From Mytilus edulis (taxonomy: Eukaryota): a DNA stretch of 64,000 nt. The stretch is taken from contig NC_092355.1 in NCBI RefSeq assembly GCF_963676685.1, positions 24,552,001 to 24,616,000 on the forward strand, read 5' to 3'. Shown in pieces: positions 52,968 to 64,000 of the stretch. Under the pieces are notes generated by a model. It did no database searches and was not told the origin of the DNA. It saw nothing but the letters and a program-made list of their open reading frames with translations. Positions within the stretch are counted from its first letter, which is position 1; every line of letters starts with the position of its first letter. Made by a program: the position numbers and the translations under genes.

Positions 52968-54651
52968 AAATATAAAATTCTAATTCTGGTATCTATGATG
53001 AGTTTATTTACATGTTTCACATTGTACATTTTACCTTTAGAAACAAAACAAAATTGCTCATTATAGATTCTTCCATTGAAATAAAGTTTATCAATTATCC
53101 TTAAAGCTTGTATTAGACACCATACCAAACGATAGACTTGAAGCTAAGAACTTTATTGTGTCAAAATAATATTCTTGAAATGTTGTCTTGGGACATTTTG
53201 CATTAGTTGAAACATGTATGCTTTGTTTCTCCTCTGAGAATTGCTTACTGATTTTTAACAAGATGAAAGTTGTAGGGTGTATTTCAATCAATTTATAATT
53301 TAAATATTGTTCAGCAAAGGGCAATAAAAATATACATTTCAACATTAACAAATTAAAAAAAAAACCAGATTTTATTGAAATGAAGATTCCTTTTTGATTT
53401 CAAATATAAATATACACTTCTTCTATTTATTAAAATGACTAAAACAGACATTTGATGGGACATAAACTAAATAAAATTCAGTTTGTTCTAATTAAGATTG
53501 TTTTCTTTTTTTCACTGATAAAAAATAAGTGAACTAATCTAAATCATGTAAATGGTTGACTAAATACAGATGATTATTGTAGATTTATCAAGTAAATTAT
53601 TGGCCTTACTTTTATCTATTTAAATCAGATATCAGATTTAATTTTGTATTTATTTTTAATTTTTTGGGGAGTGGGGAAGATCTGATTATTTATCATTTAT
53701 CTTTCAGACACAATTTACAGAATTAATTATGTAGTGTAGATCAATAGGGATAGGAAATTAATCTATCATCTCTCTATATATATCAAACATTTAATATATA
53801 AATTTGTGGTCAAATATGCATGTATTGAGATGTATATTGAAAAGGTCAGTAGAATTATGTAAGACTGTGGTTGATTAGTTCATATAATTATGTGGTCAAT
53901 ATAATTGGCATTTAAGGAAGTGGGGTATTGTTAGTAAGTCCCCACTTTGTATCTGATTGTTTAGTGTTCATGGCAGTTGTCAATTATGCTAGTATTGTAT
54001 CATTTCTTAACCATCTAATCAGAATGTTAAAAAAAAATGCACATCAACACATACTTGAATAAACTGCTCCAAAAAAAAATTCCCAAATTTTTCAGTTTTT
54101 ATGTGCCTATGTGCACAGACATGGGAATTATAGGGAACTATATTTCAGTGTGTATACATATCATAGATGTAGAAGCTAACCTGTGCTAATTGCTAGGGAG
54201 GCTGGTGCCTTAAAAAAGATTTAAAACTAGTTATAATCCTTCTAAAAACGGCTATTACGTAATAGAGATTACTTCTCGATGTTTATTAGAGCTGGTGTAA
54301 ATTAATTTTTCAGATGTTTTATGTCGGTTTTGTGAAGTCAGTTTTTCACCTTTTTTGTCTATGATATAGATTTCGTTGATCTCCATCTTTCTAAAATCTA
54401 ATTTAATGACCCGTTGGCATATTCATATTGTAATACGTATACTCGTCTATCGTTCTGATATATTAATTGATCATGCAATTTTGACAGACACTAAATGAAG
54501 ACCTATAAGAAAAGCATACATCGATAACTTGTATTACAGGGGTTCTTTATTATCATGTTAACCACAAAGTGGATCATTGAAATGAATGCAAAAGCATATT
54601 CTCCGGCTTTATTTATTCTATTTATTGCACAAAAGTGTTATCAATTTTTGC

Positions 54652-57600
54652 TTATCTCTTCTGAAACCACTTTCTTTCAACTACTCTGCAGCTTTCCCTT
54701 ATCTGAAATAAAATGATAATCAAATTGATATTATATCTGTAGTTTCTTGAATTTATAATGTTAAGGTTATAATCGAAACAATGCAAGTATATATTTTACA
54801 AATTGTTCTATGTACAATGTTTGCATAATAACGTTTGCATAATATAATCAACAAAAACATTTCATTGAATAAAAACCATTTAACTGTTAATTTATATTTA
54901 CCTCTGATGTCTATTTTTGCCGAAGTTACCCGAACGCACAATTAACGAAATCAACATAGAATCAAGGAGTATGTGGAAAATAAGTGAGCTGACAGACGAC
55001 GTTGTAGATCGTTGTTTGATTTTTGTATATATTTCTTCCATGTGTTTGTATATATCAAATCAACGTTGTAATTAGTTTTAAAAAGTGTTGTTGCATTATT
55101 GTTTGTCTTTGAAATAAAATTGAGAATGGAAATGGGGAATGTGTCAAAGAGACAACAACCCGACCAAATAAAAAACAACAGCAGAGGGTCACCAACAGGT
55201 CTTCAATGTAGCGAGAAATTCCCGCACCCGGAGGCGTCCTTCAGCTGGCCCCTAAACAAATATATACTAGTCCAGTGATAATGACCGCCATACTAATTTC
55301 CAAATTGTACACAAGAAACTAAAATTAAAATAATACAAGACTAACAAAGGCCAGAGGCTCCTGACTTGGGACAGGCGCAAAAATGCGGCGGGGTTAAACA
55401 TGTTTGTGAGATCTCAACCCTCCCCCTATACCTCTAACCAATGTAGAAAAGTAAACGCATAACAATACGCACATTTAAATTCAGTTCAAGAGAAGTCCGA
55501 GTCTGATGTCAGAAGATGTAACCAAAGAAAATAAACAAAATGACAATAATACATAAATAACAACAGACTACTAGCAGTTAACTGACATGCCAGCTCCAGA
55601 CTTCAATTAAACTGACTGAAAGATTATGATTTCATCATATGAACATCAGGCACAATCCTTCCCGTTAGGGGTTTAGTATCATACCATCATAACATATATG
55701 AGAAGAACATAATCCGTGTCATGCCAACAACTGTTTTTAGAATAAATGTGTTTAGTTCCGATGCAAAGACATTATCAGTGACTCAATGTTAACGCCAAGA
55801 TATGCAATCTTTAATGACTTGACAACAGTATCGTAATTATATTCCTTCTTAATAAGTCTATTCAAAGGTTTTGTAAGTTTCTGAGGTGAATACTGACACC
55901 TTTGTGCTTTGTAAAGAATATTTCCATAAAAAATTGGATGTGAAAACCTGAACGTATTAGAAGTCTGCATGTAGAGCTATATTTACGAATGATGTCTTTA
56001 TACCGATGATAAAATTTAGTAAATGTTTTGACTAGTTTGTGATATCGAAAACCCTGGTGTAATAATTTTTCAGTAATACATAAATTTCTCTCGTTAAAAT
56101 CTAAAACATTGTTACATACACGAGCGAATCGTACAAGTTGAGATATATAAACACCGTAAGATGGTGACAAGGGAACGTCACCATCTAAAAACGGATAATT
56201 AACGATAGGAAATGAAAAGTCATCCCTTTTATCATAAATTTTAGTATTCAGCTTTCCATTAGTGATATAGATATCAAGATCGAGAAAAGGGCAGTGGTCA
56301 TTGTTAGTATTAGCTTTATTTAAAGTAAGTTCAACAGGATAAATTTCATTAATATACATACTGAAGTCGTCATTATTGAGAGCCAAAATATCATCCAAAT
56401 ATCTAAAAGTATTATTAAATTTGTTTATCAGATGTTGTTTCGATGGGTCTTTGCTTATTTTTGTCATAAATTGTAACTCATAACAATACAAAAACAGGTC
56501 CGCAATAAGTGGTGCACAGTTAGTCCCCATTGGAATTCCGATAATCTGGCGATATACGGAATCAACAAAGCGAACAAAAATGTTATCTAGTAAAAATTCA
56601 AGGGCATATATAGTATCAAAGCATGTCCAATAAACTTAGTTTTTTTGTTTATTGCTACTAAAAAATGACCTAAAAGAGTTTGAACATATATATTCACATT
56701 CTGATTTTTTGAATGCCCATTTAATTAGGTGTGTGAATTTTTTCTTAATGAGAATGTGAGGCAATGTGGTATACAGGGTAGAAATATCTAAACTTTGAAC
56801 AGATTCAAAATCACCAATATAAGCATGCAATTTATCAAGTACTTCCAACGAGTTCTTGACACTCCAAAAGTAATTTATTCCACTATTTTCGAAGGCCATA
56901 TTTGAACAATTTATTATCAGGTTTTTAATTGTACCAAGTGTGCTGGTAAGAAATATAGACAATTTAGTAGTTGAACAATGGCTTGAAGACGAAATAAATC
57001 TATATTTGTAAGGGGTTTTGTGTAGCTTCGGAAGCCAATACATAGTTGGGACTTTCATTGTATTTGGCTCTGCTTGTAAAGCGGTGGCTAAAAGTTTATG
57101 TTTGTTACAGATTTCGTTTTCTGAAAATGGAGTAAGTTGGAATGTTGGTGAATTGGTGATTTCCTTTTTCAGAACCTCAATGTAAAATTTACGTCAAACA
57201 ATAATAATATTATTAGCAGCTTTATCGGCCGGGACAAAAACAAATTCCTTGGCTAGTTTATGTTTGATTCGAGAAGTAGGTTTATTGTGGTTATTGTTTA
57301 TAGTAAAATGTTCTTTAAAATGTTGAATACTTATATCAACTATCTTCATTACTGAATTAAAAAAAGAGTCCAAAGATTTTTTGTCAGCTTTTTCCCGTTT
57401 TATCCATTTCATACAGTAAGTATGGAGTGAGTCGTGGATGATATTACGACACTCATTCCAATTAATAATTGACGGGGGACGATATGTAGGTCCTTTACTG
57501 AGGAATGATTTTAACTTTCGGTCTTGAACGATGTTAAGATCTCCTGTTATAACATGGGAAATGGGTCCATAAATATATTCGGAATTACTGCAATTACATG

Positions 57601-60600
57601 AAGTAGGTGTATTTTCACTGATATTAACATCTTTACACAATTGACTACAATTTAACACAAATTTCCGGGTAGATTTCTTGTAAATATAACAAATAAGAGG
57701 TAGCTCAGTATTGTCAAAATATCCAGAAATTTGTTCTTTAACAGAATGGTCGTTAAATATACCGGCAATATTTACAAAATCAAAGCCTTTATTGACATAC
57801 TTAATTTTAATAAAATGTTTTTTATGATCTTCAGGGCGATTAATTTTGGGAAATAATTTAGAATAACAATATGCCATAATAATTTGAACAATTTCATACT
57901 TAGGACTGCTATATGAAATTGTGTTGCAATCCTCCAAAATTTTATTTAACTTATTAACCAGTAACGAACAGAGTTTTGTTAACAGATAATGTCTGCCGTT
58001 GTTTTTTGAAATAGAAATTAGGTCCGAAATATTGGTATGATTGGCCCGAAATTTTCTTTGATTGCGATTTGTTCTACGACCGTGAGAACGTTTTTTACGA
58101 ACAGTTTTAGAAACTATATCCAAAATGTTAACGGAATTGGTTCTAGATATATTACCAATTCCCATGATATTATCATTTAGACCGAGAGGGTAAACTGTCT
58201 GTAATTTTTTAATCCAATTTAATTCAATTATTTTCCGTGATCGTACAAACTTTGAATGCGATTCACCAGGCTGCTTATTTACTACTTCTAAAGGTTGAAC
58301 TGCTAAATATTTAAAAGGATGGTTGTGCTTCTTAAGGTGTTGGTAAATGATACTTTTGAATTTATTGGGTCTTTTAAAACGATACAGATGTTCTTGGGTG
58401 CGTTTAGATAAATATCGTCCAGTTTCTCCTACGTACTGAATACCACACCCCGGTTTGTTTCATGTGAGTAAATAAATAATACTGTTTGTTTTTCAAGTTA
58501 TATCAGTTTCAAAATTTAAGGAAAATGTGCGACCATTAAACGTGGACCTTACCGTATTGTTGGTGGAAAGACGGGGACATGTAAGTCATTTTTTGGCATG
58601 ACACTCATCGATAGAAGGGTAACCACGATTTTTATTGTTAAAAATGTTAGCGATGGTAGTATTTTTAGATAACCGATTTTGAAGATTGAGACGTGTAGAT
58701 ACCCTTTTAACAAGTTTAGTATTGAGTAATTTTCCATTTCTAAGCTTCATAACTGTTTTGTTAGTGAATTATATAATAAAGGAGCAAAGATTGGCGTCCA
58801 GAATATGAACCAGCATACAATAATTTAAGTTATATAATTACCCGAAAAAGATAGGGTATATCAGGGTAGGACTGATCTATTAACACTGTATTACTTCCAC
58901 GTTTGTTCATGTTTGATAATTTGTTCTTTCGTTCCAGGTTTCCGGCGCACTTACGCTGTTCAGTAGTCGAATTAGTTAGAAGAGCTCACGAGGTAAAAGT
59001 TAACGTGTACAGAAAAGCTATCTGAAAATTAGAGTACGGGAAGACAATAGCAGTACTTTTTTTAAAGATTTAGATGAGATAATGGATTTCAATTTCAAAT
59101 GATACCTGTGAACACGGTTTTAGTAGTTTGACTGTGGTGTATACCTTTACATCATGTAAGAAGTTTGATTTGTTTCGTTTGTGTGGAGTTTTCTTTAGCA
59201 AGTTTACTGTTATTAAATCCGTTCAAAGTTGAATCAATTGCTTAAAATTGAAAGTGTGAGCGCAAATCTAAATTGACAGATTGGCTAACTGCTGGTGTTT
59301 AACAACACTTTCAATTATGATGATTATGGATGTATTTTTAACATCCGGCGGGGCATTTAATATACAGACCACATTCAGGACAACAACGTGATATTTGATA
59401 TTAAATCGTATCATACTTCGTAATAGACCGAGATGCTGAGCTAGATTATAGCATGCTAGTTTATAAGGAAACAGTCCGTAGAAAGAACCCTACACGGACA
59501 TTGTATTTTGACTCCGAATTGAACATTTTTTTTTGTCTTTTTCATTCATGTTGCGGGCTTAGTAAAGGAGCAGTAAATTTTACAGTCGTTTGATTGACCC
59601 GGCGAGTTTAGGACACGGGACCTCATGCACCTAAGGCGACCACGCAACTACAATACCATGGTACCATATGTTGATCAGGAACTACCCTTTTATAGCATCG
59701 TTGTTCGCCCAAGGTTAAAGGTTTGATTCGTGTTGCTCAGTCTGTTGTTGTTTATGAAATGTTTTGTTATTGTTGACTGTATTTTTCTCGTTTTAATTTT
59801 CAGCAACGCTAATACTTGTTGTTTGTTTGTTTTCTTATACTTATATTTTTTATCGGTCCTTAGATATTTTTTCTCAATTTTTCGGTAATCCAGAATTAAA
59901 TTTAATTTTGGGTTTTGCATGTAATTATACACATGCGAGCAAATAAATAACAGATGGTACATCTGGGAAGTTCAGTTGTAAAGTCGAAGCAAAGCATATA
60001 GCCTATCTAACATGTTTCGTGATAGAGTGTTAGTAGGAACTTTTATTGTCATGTTGTTCATATTTACATTATCATATTAACGTAAGGGATTGGATTGGGT
60101 TTACAACATAGAGAATAATTGATCAAATGTACAAGAAATCGCTAGGACAAAATCATTAAAAAAGAGAAAAATTTAAAAAAAGAATAGAGTGAATCAAATT
60201 ATAAAGAATGGATAAATGCCGTGTTAAAATATAAAGAATAGAGAAAAATTAAGTGCAAAAATATAAATAATGAAATAAGGAAATATTAGTAAAACAAATA
60301 TAAATGCATAACAAATTGAGAAAAGACACCCAAAAGATTAAAAATACAAGAATGAAAGACAACCAATCCAGACTCTCTAACATACCCTAGTGATACAACG
60401 GTTGTGTATTTCAGAACTTAATAAAGGCAATGGTAGTATATACCGCTATTCAAAACTCGTAAATCTATGGACAAACAACAAAATCGGGGTAACAAACCAA
60501 AACTGCGGGAAACGCATTAAATATAAGAGAACAACGACACAACATTAAAATGTAACACACACAGCAACAGACTAAGCATTAGACAAAATCCTATGAGAAT

Positions 60601-63483
60601 AACAAATATAACATCAAAACCAAATACATGAATTTGGGATAGACAAGTATGTCTTATAGTCAGGCAATGGTAGTATATACCGCTGTTCAATATGCATACA
60701 ATAGTTTTTTATCTATCTTTAAATCTTATTAATCCACCAAGATGATACAAATTAAGGTAAAATAATAAAATCTAGAAGAATCGCATGATCTCCAAAAGGA
60801 GCGACACCGGATGCTTAGACGGGATTATAGTTTCCTGTTATTATCGCGTCAGCTGTATCATGCATTTACATTTTCGGTCAAAACATGAGCTTTAACATTA
60901 TAATCGAAACTTACAGCCTTATCAAAGCAGTACTTCAATCCTCTCTGTGTAAGTGCACTTGTTTCACAATATGGCATTCTGTGATCACTGGCAAAAGTCT
61001 CTGCCTCCGCTTTAGTTATACATGTGTCTTTACTTGAATCTCTTAAATCTGAAATATGCTCAAAATGAATGCAATCCATGTCATTTTAATTCGTTAATCT
61101 GACTCTATTATAACCCTAAATCTCTAAAATAACCAGGCTAGAAGGGGAAAACAGGAAAAAAAACTGCGGTTCAAGAAAAGCAACATAGAATATGTTAAAA
61201 AAAAGAAAAGATAGTCAATAATGATCAGACTAAAAACAAACCACATAAGTGGATAGAAATCTAACGATTGGACAACATGAAGTTAAGAAACTGGTCTGAA
61301 CACATGTGCTGTTTTAGGCTAAGATGAAATAATGCTGACTCATATTGACGGAGCTGCGTGAGGCTGAGATGATGTTATACTGACTCATTTTGAAGGTGTT
61401 GTTTAAGGCTGAGATAATGTAATGCTGACTCATATTGACGGAGCTGCGTGAGGCTGAGATGATGTAAAACTGACTCATTTTGAAGGTGCTGTTTAAGGCT
61501 GAGATGATGTAATTCTGACTCATTTTGAAGGTGCTGTTTAAGGCTGAGATGATGTAATTCTGACTCATTTTGAAGGTGCTGTTTGAGGCTAAGGTGATGT
61601 AATGCTGACTCATTTTGACGGTCGTCTCGTTTGAGGCTAAGATAAAGAAATGCTGACTAATTTAGACGGTGATGTTTGCGGCTAAGATGATGCAATGCAA
61701 ACTCATTTTGACGGTGCTGTTTGAGGCTAAGATGATGTAATACTGTCTCATTTTGACGGTGCCGTTTTAAGCTTAGATGATGTAATGCTGACTCATTTTG
61801 ACGGTGCTATTTTAGGCTAAGATGATGTAATGCTGACTCATTTTGACGGTGCTGTTTGAGACTAAAATGATGTATTGCTGACTCATTATGACGGTGCTGC
61901 TTAAGGCTAAGATGATGTAATGCTTACTTATTTTGACAGTGCTGTTTTAGGCTAAGATGAAATAATGCTGACTCATATTGACGGAGCTGCGTGAGGCTGA
62001 GATGATGTAATACTGACTCATTTTGAAGGTGCTGTTTGAGGCTGAGATGATGCAATTCTGACTCATTTTGAATGTGCTGTTTGACGGGGAGATGGTGTAA
62101 TGCTGACTCATTTTGACGGTGTCGTTTGAGGCTAAGATGAAGAAAGGCTGACTAATTTAGACGGTGATGTTTGCGGCTAAGATGATGTAAAACTGACTCA
62201 TTTTGACAGTGCTGTTTGAGGCTAACATGATGTAATGCTGACTCATTTTGACGGTGCTGTTTTAAGCTTAGATGATGTAATGCTGACTCATTTTGACGGT
62301 GCTATTTTAGGCTAAGATGATGTAATGCTGACTCATTTTGACGGTGCTGTTTGAGACTAAAATGATGTATTGCTGACTCATTATGACGGTGCTGCTTAAG
62401 GCTAAGATGATGTAATGCTTACTTATTTTGACAGTGCTGTTTTAGGCTAAGATGAAATAATGCTGACTCATATTGACGGAGCTGCGTGAGGCTGAGATGA
62501 TGTAATACTGACTCATTTTGAAGGTGCTGTTTGAGGCTGAGATGATGCAATTCTGACTCATTTTGAATGTGCTGTTTGACGGGGAGATGGTGTAATGCTG
62601 ACTCATTTTGACGGTGTCGTTTGAGGCTAAGATGAAGAAAGGCTGACTAATTTAGACGGTGATGTTTGCGGCTAAGATGATGTAAAACTGACTCATTTTG
62701 ACAGTGCTGTTTGAGGCTAACATGATGTAATGCTGACTCATTTTGACGGTGCTGTTTGAGGCTAAGATGATGTATTACTGACTCATTTTGACGGTGCTAT
62801 TTGAGGCTTAGATGATTTAATGGTGACTCATTTTGACGGTGCTGTTTTTGGTTAAGATGATGTATTGCTGACTCATTTTGACGGTGCTGATTTAGGCTAA
62901 GATGATGTAATGCTGACTCATTTTGACGGTGCTGTTTTAGGCTAAGATGATGTAATGCTGACTCATTTTGACGGTGCTGTTTGAGGCGAAGATGATGTAA
63001 TGCTGACTCGTTTTGGCGGTGCTGTTTAAGGCTTAGATGATGTATTGCTGACTCATTTTGACGGAATTGAGCAGGTATTAATCAATGGAACACACGAGAC
63101 ATCTATTTGCAAAGTATTGGTATAGTATAGAATCTGAGTTTTTTATCATCATTTTAATTGAACTACGAGTATATGTCATTCGTAAACAAATACTGGTGCC
63201 AATCACTCGTTGTGAATCTGAGGTCCGTACGAATTCCTTAATTAAAAGAAAAAGCATAAACTCTTTTACATTTAATATTGCCGGTAGAATAGAGGTGTTC
63301 TGATAAATTATTACCTGTTTTACAACCAACTAACACTTTAGCTACATTTGGTAGATGGTGCTTTATTTCCAGTATCCATTTTTTTTCTATATTTTCCAAG
63401 GATGATCTGTCGTTGATAGAGAAACACAGTAGCACGACATCTGTCTGTGGATACGACAAAGGTCTTAATCTATCATAATCCTC
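54652..63483 (-). CDS. Rho/Rac-family small GTPase, 3' exons (N-terminus lies beyond the window)
   Basis: Exon 63483-63315 [22 protein letters not shown]...[12 protein letters not shown]...LVGCKT; exon 61048-60915 DLR...[19 protein letters not shown]; tentative last exon 54702-54652 [16 protein letters not shown] followed by AATAAA. Confidence 0.85.
55635..55701 (-). promoter_or_regulatory. SECIS element (type II) in the Naiad 3' UTR
   Basis: tcatatatgtt ATGAT ggtatgatact AAA ccc-ctaac-ggg a aggattgtgcc TGAT gttcatatga: AUGA/UGA core, 11-bp helix II, apical AAA plus ministem, helix I TCATAT/ATATGA. Confidence 0.85.
55752..58750 (-). pseudogene. Naiad EN-RT polyprotein (~1000 codons), putative selenoprotein with 4 Sec codons; this copy has one TAA (56636-56638) and one frameshift (~55950)
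   Basis: One frame runs from ATG 58750 (MKLRNGK) through ORFs 57194-58165, 56636-57058 and 55862-56530; TGA at codons 55, 86, 97 and 519. Confidence 0.88.
61306..63064. repeat. 45-bp satellite, ~39 copies, with ~495-bp (11-mer) higher-order repeat; intronic in the Rho gene
   Basis: Unit gtgctgtttgaggctaagatgatgtaatgctgactcattttgacg; variant units recur 495 bp apart (e.g. ggggagatgg at ~62086 and ~62581). Confidence 0.97.
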
Positions 63484-63538
63484 CTGCAATGTAAAACGAC
63501 AAAGGTCTTAATCTATCATAATCCTCCTGCAATGTAAA
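63453..63538. repeat. 43-bp tandem duplication spanning the Rho exon acceptor site
   Basis: acgacaaaggtcttaatctatcataatcctcctgcaatgtaaa occurs twice. Confidence 0.95.
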
Positions 63539-64000
63539 ACCTATAAGCTTCTAAACCTCTTATTTTTTTCCTGAAATGTTAAACCAATATAAAGGTCTTA
63601 AATGTGCATTATCTACGAGACATAAATACAATTAGAATACTATTTTGTTTTTGTTCAATCATAAATGAAAGTGTCAAAGTGAAATGATAATTCGCTTTTA
63701 TCAGCAAGTTTATTTAAATTTTGTCAAAATAAGCTAAGAAACATTGCCGTTGAATTATTCACTTGTCAGTGAATAATTCGACCTCACTGAATCCGTATTT
63801 ATGTGACCTTCAATTTAACCCCTTATCTAGAGATGGGTTACGCATCAAATATGCGTGTTCAGCTAATAAAACAAAGAAAGGCCAACATTGAAAGTGAAAC
63901 AAGGGTAAACCATTTGATTGACTGATTCGATCCACAAAAACTCATTCCTATCCAGGAAAAAACGATCATTAGCATATATTTTTACCTATGATATGAAATC

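Larger units (their letters stand above)
55113..58900 (-). mobile_element. Naiad-type Penelope-like retroelement (N-terminal GIY-YIG plus RT), near full length; 5' boundary approximate
   Basis: IIYLLT...QYVGETGR...R..EH...[14 protein letters not shown] upstream of RT motifs [37 protein letters not shown]; ~640-nt 3' tail whose end recurs at ~34745-34845. Confidence 0.95.

Noticed and set aside
56636-56638. Fifth stop codon in the Naiad frame as a recoding site
   Set aside because: It is TAA, not at a Cys motif; best explained as ordinary decay
58830-58875. Possible hammerhead in the Naiad 5' region (CTGATAT-accc...gggt)
   Set aside because: The core lacks CTGANGA and GAAA
61314-61613. 15-aa periodic ORF or CRISPR-like array
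   Set aside because: Head-to-tail satellite with no unique spacers, in a eukaryotic intron, with no cas genes

Overview
AT-rich, intron-containing eukaryotic DNA. The repeat families and gene types suggest a bivalve mollusc, probably Mytilus-like (inference). Main content: (1) 1-7787, a near-identical 3.3-kb duplication around a ~497-N gap. It lies within a larger field (1-26 kb) of deeply diverged repeated modules, five of which keep a 12- or 18-nt minus-strand micro-exon with intact splice sites. (2) 16.7-22.5 kb, a decayed Ty3/gypsy retrotransposon carrying nested 5'-truncated Penelope-like insertions. (3) 27787-46628 (-), a multi-exon gene that appears to join a signal peptide and a 16-Cys ectodomain to a cytoplasmic Roc GTPase-COR module, i.e. 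a receptor-type ROCO with no LRR or kinase. Its linker is built from repeated 39-nt exons. (4) 55.1-58.8 kb (-), a near full-length Naiad-type Penelope-like retroelement with GIY-YIG N-terminal to the RT. It has four in-frame TGA codons, all at conserved Cys positions, and a canonical type II SECIS just after the ORF, so it looks like a selenoprotein-coding transposon. (5) 3' exons of a Rho/Rac-family GTPase (-), whose introns hold the Naiad and a 45-bp satellite made of tandem AP-1/ARE motifs. MITEs, HINE-like elements, a SINE and minimal hammerhead ribozymes are scattered through the window. All exon models were read by eye and lack transcript support.
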